Below, piece by piece: positions 55,135 to 64,000 of a stretch of DNA of 64,000 nucleotides; position 1 is the first letter of the stretch; each line of letters begins with the position of its first letter. Source of the stretch: Eledone cirrhosa (taxonomy: Eukaryota); NCBI GenBank assembly GCA_964016885.1, contig OZ024743.1, positions 102,858,001 to 102,922,000 of the forward strand, read 5' to 3'. Under the pieces are notes generated by a model, which was not told the DNA's origin, did no database searches, and saw only the letters and a program-made list of their open reading frames with translations. The position numbers and the translations under genes are program-made.

Positions 55135-56066
55135 AAGCCATCAATCGGGCAATGTGATCGGTGGAAACTCCACCTCGGCGTTCTATAGAGGATTAGTGGA
55201 GGGGAAGAGCGACGACGTACTTGGGGAAACTCTAGGCGTCGACGAAAATCAACTAGCCAATCTCTTCGGAAGAACTTTCGGGCCGGGGCCTATGGACAAC
55301 TTCCAGAAATCTCTGGCCTGGCAGTGCTACCGAGGAGCCTTGCCAGTTCGGGATAAACTCTACAGGCATGGAGGTGCCGTCAGCCGGGCATGTCCGAGAT
55401 GCGCGCAGGGCGACGAAACCGTCCTGCACGCACTCGTCCAGTGTCCGAAAATTGCTGACTTGTGGGTTTATGTCGAACACCTGCTGTCGCGTTTAGGACG
55501 GATCCAGCTATCATCTGAGTCTATCGTGAGGATTGCCCCGCCCTCCTCCTTTAGCCGGGAAGGGCAGGCAGTTTTTATCTGTCTGGTGGCCATGGCGAAA
55601 GAGATAGTATGGTGGACACGTTTGAAAGGGCTGAAGACGAGCACTTACCTCTTCGGTGATGCTCTGATTGACTTTTTCAAATTTCATTTGAAAAGGAAAA
55701 TCAGAGTAGAGAAGGAAGTGCTCTCTTCCCAGCATTTTGTTGAAAGATGGGTGAGAGAAGCAAGAATGGCCCGAGTGAATGGGCCGACTCTGAGTATATA
55801 TCTGTAAACTAAAGGTGGAAAACTGGGAGAGGGCACTTGCCTTGGTGGTCAGGGTCATTGTGGCTTTTTACTGGGCTTTCTCCACAAATGTCCCTCCGAA
55901 GTCTCCCCCCTATTGGGGAATTTTTCATTGTTATTTTTTGTTACATCCTCTGTTTTTGTTTTTTACACGCAGAAATGCCCATTTGTACCGTCCTGCATTG
56001 TCCTGCACTGTCCTTAATGTCTACTTTATGTAAACCCTTGTGGTTAATAAAGAAATCATTATTATT

Positions 56067-56110
<44 letters not shown>
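55135..56110 (+). mobile_element. Young 5'-truncated L1/Tx1-clade non-LTR retrotransposon (ORF2 C-terminus, 3' UTR, AATAAA, (ATT)n tail)
   Basis: Uninterrupted frame to TAA at 55807 with a CX2CX8HX4C knuckle (CPRCAQGDETVLHALVQC) preceded by LAWQCYRGALPV. GC- and CpG-rich relative to the flanks. AATAAA at 56046. Confidence 0.88.
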
Positions 56111-56115
<5 letters not shown>

Positions 56116-56154
56116 ATTATCATTGTTGTTGTTGTCATTATTATATTTAAAGGG

Positions 56155-56360
56155 CCATAATTATATGCTGCAACATGCTTTGCAGAATATAGCTACGGTC
56201 CTTTACATTCTGAGTCCAAATCCAGCCAACGTTAGCTTTGCCTTTCATCCTTAAGGGGTCGATAAAACAAAGCACCAGTAATGCATTGGGGTCAATTTAA
56301 TCGACTTGCCCCATTCTCCTGGAAATTGTTGGCCTTTTGTCTAAATCAGAAAACATTATT
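56155..56360 (+). mobile_element. Meta-domain SINE, older full-length type
   Basis: ctttgcctttcatccttaaggggtcgataaaa...aaattgttggccttttgtctaaatcagaaaac(att)n. Confidence 0.8.
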
Positions 56361-56373
56361 ATTATTATTATTA

Positions 56374-56605
56374 GGGCGGTGGATTGGCAGTATCGGTAGA
56401 GAGTCGGACGCCAAGCTTTGCAACATAGAGTTACGGCCCTTTATGATCTGAGTTCAAATCCCGCCGAGGTTAACTTTGCCTTTCATCCTTACGGGGTCGA
56501 TAAAATAAAGTACCAGTCACGCACTGGGGTCGATATAATCGACTTTCCTCTCCCCCAAAATTGCTAGCCTTGTGCCTATATAAGAAACCATTATTATTAT
56601 TATTA
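56374..56605 (+). mobile_element. Young full-length Meta-domain SINE
   Basis: Complete head, GCCTTTCATCCTTACGGGGTCGATAAAATAAAGTACC core, the gtcgatataatcgac segment retained, and an (ATT)n tail. Confidence 0.93.
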
Positions 56606-56657
56606 CTATTCTGCAATGATTGTGTTTTTGTTGAAATATATTTCAATACATTTTAAG

Positions 56658-56848
56658 AATATGATATAACATAATTTTTTTCTTTCTTTTCTCTCTTTCA
56701 TTCTCTCTTTTTCCCTTTATTCACTCTTTGATCCGGCTTCAATATTCTGCTGAACTGGATGTGAACCAAAATAAAAACAAACCTTCCTGCTCTACCCTAC
56801 AAAAAAAAACAAAAAAAACAATATGCTGGAATATAAAAAAAAATTCAG
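56658..56848 (+). promoter_or_regulatory. 3' splice site with distant polypyrimidine tract and 189-nt AG-exclusion zone
   Basis: No AG dinucleotide occurs from 56658 to 56846. A ~55-nt pyrimidine tract at ~56675-56729 follows ataac/ataat. The first AG is ttcAG at 56847-56848. Confidence 0.6.
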
Positions 56849-57719
56849 GATGCAAGACTTAAAGGATAACAATTTGATAGACGATTCCAGTACTGCAGCT
56901 CCAGAAATCATTGAAATACCATTACGAGACTTATGCACAAATATTGATCTCGATGCACTTCGCAAACAAAATGAACCTGTTGATGGTGATGATGATTGGC
57001 CTATAACATGGCAAGAAGATTGGTTATTATCTGATCACGATGAAACTGTACCTTTAAATTCTGACAACAGCTCATCACAACCACAAATCTGTCACAGCGA
57101 CTGCTCTCTGTTATTAGATAGCCCTGTGAAAAGGCGTCCTAGTACACCAAGTAAAACTTCCATGGTGGAATCAGAAACTATTAGCATGGGTGAAGTAAAC
57201 TCGGCAATTGTAACTGACGAATGCAACATTGACCTAAACCTTGATGGAGAAGAAGACCAGCAAAGTAGTGACAGGACGTTGGTATGCCAAAGGCAATCAA
57301 GTCCCCGTGTTCGCTTTGCTGATAATATTATCAATGGTCGTTTATCATGCAGTGATTTATCGTGCATGCCAGGGGATTTCCCCAACAATGTCTACGATAA
57401 CAAGTATTGCAAACGGAAGTCGAGCTGGTGCGAGGACCGCAATAACATCCTCGCTTCGGTTGGCTCAAAGAACACTCGAGTTCTGCCAATGAAAAATAAT
57501 AAATTCAAATCTCTCATCTGGAAGCGGCCCTCGTTGCAGGATCAACTTCTGCCCTCAATGCAAGCAGGTTTCTGCGTAGAGAATATAACAAAAGAAGAAT
57601 TATTGGTCATGTGGAAGACATCAGAAATTGAATTGACAAAGCGTTTGGAAAAAGCTTTAAAAGAAAAAGCAAAATTAGAAGAAAAACTTGCAGATTTAGA
57701 GCTTGGTTCCCTTGTTTAA
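56849..57719 (+). CDS. Terminal coding exon of an uncharacterised protein (acidic/Ser-rich, probably disordered, with a C-terminal coiled coil)
   Basis: 298-aa non-repetitive ORF (56823-57719) with no transposon motifs. Heptad-rich end ITKEELLVMWKTSEIELTKRLEKALKEKAKLEEKL. The first 8 ORF codons are A-rich and intron-like, and AATAAA motifs follow the stop. Family not recognised. Confidence 0.8.
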
Positions 57720-58113
57720 CAAAAAGTTTAACAAAATTCTAACAAAAAAAAAATGGAAACAAAAAATAAACATAAATAAATAAACAAAATTAAACAGAAT
57801 TAACACAAAAAATTGATTGTATTTACATTTTTTACTCAAGAACTAACAGATGAAAAAAGAAAACTACTTGTCAAAAATTTGAGTGTAAAAGAATTCAGAG
57901 ATGGAAGGATTACATTGCATATACATACATATGTGTGTGTGTGTGAGCATGTGTGTGTGTGTGTGTGAGTGTTCGTATGTAGCTGTTTATGTTGACATAT
58001 TTATATGTATATTTACATTTATATATATATGTAAGTGTTTGTATATATATATATACATATATATATTTAAATGCATGTGTATATATGTAAATGTTTATTT
58101 ATCTTTTTGATGG

Positions 58114-58174
<61 letters not shown>

Positions 58175-58422
58175 CACATAGGCGTTTGTGTGTGCATGTT
58201 TGTGAGGTGTGTATAGGGCTAATGGTTTGGAATCAAATCCATATATGTGCAATGCACATTCATCCATTGTCATATATATACATATATGCCTATACATACA
58301 TATATATATATGTGTGTGTATGTGTGTGTATGTATGCATATATATATGTATATATATATATATACATATGTATATATGTATATAGATATATACATACATA
58401 CAAAAACACTCAAACACACACA

Positions 58423-58460
<38 letters not shown>

Positions 58461-59651
58461 TATATATATTAGATTACGTGTGTGTATTTTTGTCAATATA
58501 GGCATAGATACACATATATGTGTGCATATATATATATATATATGTGTGTGTGTTAATTATAAATGTATAGACAATTGCAAACATATCATTGTGCATGTGT
58601 GCACATATTTAGGATTATTGTCAGCATCCACTTCATCATGAACCCCATCCTCATCATCTTCATCATCATGAATGTTGCCATCAACATTCTCCCTAAAGTA
58701 TTTACACCACCAATTTTCTGATTAGTTATTAACTCCTTCCCTTTCTTCGACAGTTTTATGGGGATACCATCTTTAATATGCTCTCCAACTCTACAGAAAA
58801 ACAAAATAGTAACCTAAACCACATATCCTAATGTCTCAAAATTTATTTTCCTTTTATTTCGATTCAATTTATATTGCATTTCTTCTCAATTTTATTCATC
58901 TTGATTCATTTTAAGTAGAATAGGTTATTGTTCACAGTTTCTAAGATGATTGTCTTTAGGATTATTGTTATGCAGCTTGAATCTGTCAGTATATAGCACT
59001 GGTATGCTAGGAAATGACACTGGTCTGTTCAGAAACTGGCAGTATAAATATTGTTGCTGGGACATTGCTGCAATCTGCAAAAGATTTTTCGAACATGTAA
59101 ATACATTTTTTAATATGATTTTGAGGATTTCAAATTTGTATTTGTATCATGGGGAGACTATGATTAGGAAATCAATAAAGTACTGAATAACATGTTAAGA
59201 AGACACTAGTTCATATGCTGTCACTGCCTGCTCACAATGTCCATGGCCAATACATTTAACTGTGACTGGCTGAAACTATTTAGCAGTATGTAGATATGTT
59301 GGGCAAGTGTATTTAACCAGTGTAAACTGCTGCTGAACTATAACATACTTCAGTAATTCATTGCCTCATCTACTTAAAATGACCCAAACTAGAGATAAAC
59401 ACTGGCTTGCTTTATCACAGTGATTTCTGTAAAACATTGTTTCATTTGTCAATTTTTACTTAGTTGTTCTTTAGTATTAATATAACTAAAAATACAACTA
59501 CATTATATATGTATATATATTAAAATGCCTTCATCCCAATGCAGATAACAACAATAATTGCTGATTACTATTAATGATAGTTGAACAAATTGGACAAGAA
59601 CATCTTGAGACAGAACAAGTGAATATCAAACCACATCCACACACACATATA

Positions 59652-59723
<72 letters not shown>

Positions 59724-59940
59724 TACATATATATATATATATTTAAGAAACAGAAGTATCCATTTTATGTAGGTTAATTCACATTAATGTAAAGTAAATA
59801 TGCACAATCAAAAATGTAAGAAATAGCTTACCAGTTTGTTGTGCTTGACGTAGTCGATGGAGTTGTGTAACAAATATCTTGATACAAGATGCATCATTGG
59901 TATGGTACATATCTTCCCCAAAATATTCCATGGAGTAATT

Positions 59941-60182
59941 TAATATGTACAGGGTACTAGCGAAAACTAACAAGATCTGTTGAAATTCAAAGAAACAATT
60001 ATAGAATAAGGTCTCTAACATGTGTTTCAAAGCAGTTATGCAATCACCTATGAAAGCTGCATTCTGTAGGGAGTTATATAACTGCATTGAAACATGTGTT
60101 AGAGACCATATTGTATAACAAATGTCTCTTTGAATTTCAATGAATGTTCCCTAGTTTTTCCTAGTACCCTGTGCTCATATTA
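59941..60182. mobile_element. Palindromic fold-back MITE (~115-bp arms)
   Basis: acagggtactag..ttgaaattcaaaga..ggtctctaaca..gtttcaa.gcagttat is mirrored by ataactgc.ttgaaac..tgttagagacc..tctttgaatttcaa..ctagtaccctgt. Confidence 0.8.
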
Positions 60183-61054
60183 TATATATATATATATATG
60201 ACTGAGACTGCAGACTGCTGGAATGTTCCCTCTGTCATGTAAAGGGTGGTCAGAACAATATAAAAAAAAAGCAAAAGATTACATGGAAATATTTAACTGA
60301 TGTCATTGCCAAGATAATCTAAAGACCTAGTATTCAGTTATTACAATTGTACTGAATATAAAATAAAGACCCGTTAACAATAACATTAACATAATTAAAT
60401 TTAAAAGATAAAAAGAAGCAATTGTTTTGAAAATTGCAAAATTTTCAAATTCAAAACGAAAATACATAATCATAATCAGTATTCTATATATGACTATGAA
60501 GCAGTTAAATAACACTCTGCATACATTGCAGAACTTTAGTAGGTTGCAAATTGTATGATTTTTAACAGCAAATGTCATGAGGACTGCCCCAACCTCTGGC
60601 TAAATAACATCTAAAAATTATATGTTAAAACAACAATTATGCTGTGAGCACCCTTAGGTAAACGTTAAGTTCCTAGGAAGATGAATATGTTTTACCCAAC
60701 TTCAGTTCTTGATTCTCACTGTCTTACTTAATGAGCTATAAATCTCAACATGACTGAAGTTAGGGCATGTTAAGTTCCCAGGAACCAATTCCTGATCTGC
60801 ATCAGCAACATTTACTACCTTACTGACACAATGACAAGACTGCTTTCTTACCTTCTTCCTTTCTCTCAGATGAACAACAAGAGTACAAAATGGTATATTT
60901 TTACTCCTCTTGGCTATTGAATTCATTGAACTCTTCTAGGAATTCTTCTACTGCCAAAGTTTATTTCATTCCTAAGTTTCGTGAAGGTTCAATATTTATC
61001 CATCATATTTATTAGTTTGGTTTAATAGTTTTCTTGTTATTACTTATGGATCTT

Positions 61055-61275
61055 GGAGCAGTGGATTAGCAGAATCTTTAGAGCACTAGACAGAATGCTT
61101 TGTAGTATTTGTTTATGGCACTTTACATTCTGATTTCAAATCTTACCAAGGTCAACTTTGCTTTGCTTCCTTCTGAGGTCTATAAAATAAAGTTTCACTC
61201 AAATACTGGGCTTGACATAATCAAATTTCCATTACATTTCAAATTACTGGCTTTGTGCCTAAACTAGAAATCATT
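61055..61275 (+). mobile_element. Old full-length Meta-domain SINE
   Basis: gcagtggattagcagaatc...ttcaaatc...aggtcaactttgc...ctttgtgcctaaactagaaatcatt. Confidence 0.75.
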
Positions 61276-61548
61276 ATGACTGTTTGTGTTTTCAACTCTA
61301 GGTTAGCCTGATCAAAGGTATTCCAATCATCAATAAACCCCTTCTCTTTTTGTCAGACATAGTGTACTTAGAACTAAATGATTTAATCTGTTCTTCCATT
61401 TTTAAGACACTCATTAGGGTGTGATTTGAGGGAGATTTGGCCGCTATTTCTAGCAGGTCAAACAGACACGTAGACACTCCCCTGTTGTTTTGTTCCATAG
61501 ATAGTTAGCACTAGAGTCAGAGGGTGATAGATGGCTAAATTAATATTT

Positions 61549-61675
61549 AGAGTATACACAACATCACAAGTACTCTGCTGTGATATTTCTATGTAGAAAT
61601 ACTTTAACATTGAGAGTATACACTACATCACTAGTACTGTGCTGTGTTATTTCTGTGTAGAAACATTTTAACATT
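61549..61675. repeat. Two-copy ~64-bp tandem duplication
   Basis: agagtatacac.acatcac.agtact.tgctgtg.tatttct.tgtagaaa....ttaacatt occurs twice. Confidence 0.8.
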
Positions 61676-62879
61676 CAAATACAGTCCACCTTACAGGTGG
61701 AAAAACGTAAAGAGGAAAATCCAAATATTATGTTCCTTGGCAATATTGTTCTTTCTTTTCTTTCTGTTTTATTATTATTAATTTTTTTTATCACTGCCGG
61801 GGTCAACTTTGTTTTTCAGCATATTGGGGTCGATAAAATAAAGTACCACTAAAATACTGGGGTCATTATAATCGACTTTCCCTTTCCCTTGGATGGATGG
61901 ACTTGTGCCAATGCTAGAAATAATTATTAATTCTTTACCAAAGGCAGTGGATTGGCAGTATGGGTAGAGCATTGAATAAAATGCTCTGTGGTGTTTAGAA
62001 AGTCTGGAGCACAAATTTAAAGAAAAGTAATAATATACCAACAACAAACCAAAAGGCCATATAAATAGCAGGAAGATATCTATTTTAGTGTATCAAATTT
62101 CTGGGGTTCAAATCTTTTCTATTACCTTTCTTATCATCAAAATTATCATCGCCATCATACTCCATCAAGCCCCATTTCCATCTTCACCTGCACGTCGTCA
62201 TCATCATCACCATCATCGACACCATCAGCATTATTATCTACATTACGAACATTAAAATCATTGTTTTTTACCACTATCATGCTATTTATAATGATGATGG
62301 TGATTGTTATGGTGATTGTGATAACTATGATGGCTACAGTGATGATGTATCTACCACTGAAAAGAGGATGATTGCTATGATGATAATGATGATGATTGCT
62401 ATGATGATAATGATGACATTGAAATTGATGGTAAAAGTAATAATACCATTAATACTTAATATAATAATGATCACTTCCTTTCCCATCACCACAACCACCA
62501 CAATCACAACAATCATCAATACCACCATTATCATTATCATCACCACCATGCATCAATGCAACATCTTTAAAAAAAATTAACATCCTGCTAGGATTTTTTT
62601 TTTCTTGTTTGGCACGTTCTAATTTAAAAGAAATTATGTTGGTTAAACCAATGCTCTCTCTAATGTTGTTGTTTTTCTGTTTATATTGCTGTTGCTATTG
62701 TTGCAGTTGTTTGTTATCATCATTAATGTTAATATTGAAGCGGTTGTTTATATTACGTTTTTCATATTGAAACATTCATTTTTGATATATAAAGAACTGT
62801 AATGAACAAAATATTGATTCTGATAATATAGGTGATTTCATAAATGTTGACATGCTTAGAGATGTGTTTACTCTGTTTG

Positions 62880-63009
62880 ATATATGTATATAGGTGGATA
62901 TAATATATATATAAATGTATATATATATATGTGTGTATGTATATATATATATATATATAAATGTAAATATATATGTATATATATATATATAAATGTATAT
63001 ATATATGTG

Positions 63010-63047
<38 letters not shown>

Positions 63048-63080
63048 TATTTTATAGATACATATATATACATACTCATA

Positions 63081-63128
<48 letters not shown>

Positions 63129-63672
63129 GTGTGTATAAATATATGTATATATATGTGTTTATGGATCTCTATATATTTATACACACACACATATACATAC
63201 AAATATAAATATATATCTAGGCAAACTATACATTATGAAACATATTCCCTTACCATGCATAAAGTTATGAATTTATGTGCATGCCAAATTTATTCAATAC
63301 AGCCTACACAATGTTTTCTTATCAACTTCCCTTAATGCTTTAATTCTTAGCTAAACCATTTCTCAATCATACATTATATACTACAACATTAAGGGTGTGA
63401 TATCCTAGATTTTAGACAATAGGCTGAAAGTTTACATGGTATCCCAGACCTAATATATCATACATAATAATGTAATATATGGAAGTATAACATTCTTCAC
63501 AATCCTGGCCACTTCTCATATCAGAAAATAAAGGAAACAAAGATTATCAATTTTTGGCTTAAAATTAACTTTTTTTTTTTTTTTAGAAAAATTAAATGAA
63601 ATTGATTTTCAAAAATGTTATCATATCGTTTGTATCAACCCCATGCTATAATTTATAATCTAATACCAATAC

Positions 63673-63708
<36 letters not shown>

Positions 63709-63815
63709 ACATTCTTACATATATGTACACACATTTAAACATATATAGTAATATATTTATAAAGAGGTCTGTCTATATACATATATTGTTGTATATAGTA
63801 AACTGTATTTGTTTC

Positions 63816-63883
<68 letters not shown>

Positions 63884-63906
63884 GTGTATATATATATATA
63901 TTTGTG

Positions 63907-63937
<31 letters not shown>

Positions 63938-64000
63938 TTGTGTATATATATATATGTATATATATATATATTTGTGTGTATATATATATATATATATATT
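62880..64000. repeat. Region dominated by (TA)n/(TATG)n simple repeats
   Basis: Directly visible. Confidence 0.85.

Noticed and set aside
56823-56848. ATG 56823 as the start of a single-exon 298-aa gene
   Set aside because: It lies in an A-rich AG-exclusion zone ending at a ttcAG acceptor whose phase fits upstream exons. It is disfavoured but not excluded.

Overview
This is AT-rich, microsatellite-dense eukaryotic DNA. Its SINE/LINE repertoire points to a coleoid cephalopod, most likely Octopus (inference). No prokaryotic features, rRNA, true tRNA or CRISPR array were seen. Most of the window is intron or intergenic sequence full of decayed mobile DNA. This includes a Naiad-type Penelope-like retroelement with inverted ends, two RTE LINE families, a mariner relic, a young L1/Tx1 3' fragment, two tRNA-derived SINE families, TTAA- and TA-flanked MITEs and two minisatellites. 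One host gene of unknown family is visible on the + strand. The 298-aa ORF at 56823-57719 appears to be a terminal exon. It can be spliced in frame to a 77-nt exon at 20435-20511 and to an optional 15-nt microexon at 28250-28264. The most notable signals are four: (i) this frame-preserving microexon with neural-type cis elements; (ii) a type I hammerhead ribozyme with a full catalytic core at 6929-7012 (-), a minimal one at 33252-33287 (-) and decayed relatives in (TA)n-embedded Penelope remnants; (iii) a C4HC3 PHD-like finger inserted inside the RT domain of an RTE LINE; (iv) several intronic or UTR fold-back structures that could be A-to-I editing substrates. All calls were made by eye, and boundaries of old repeats are approximate.
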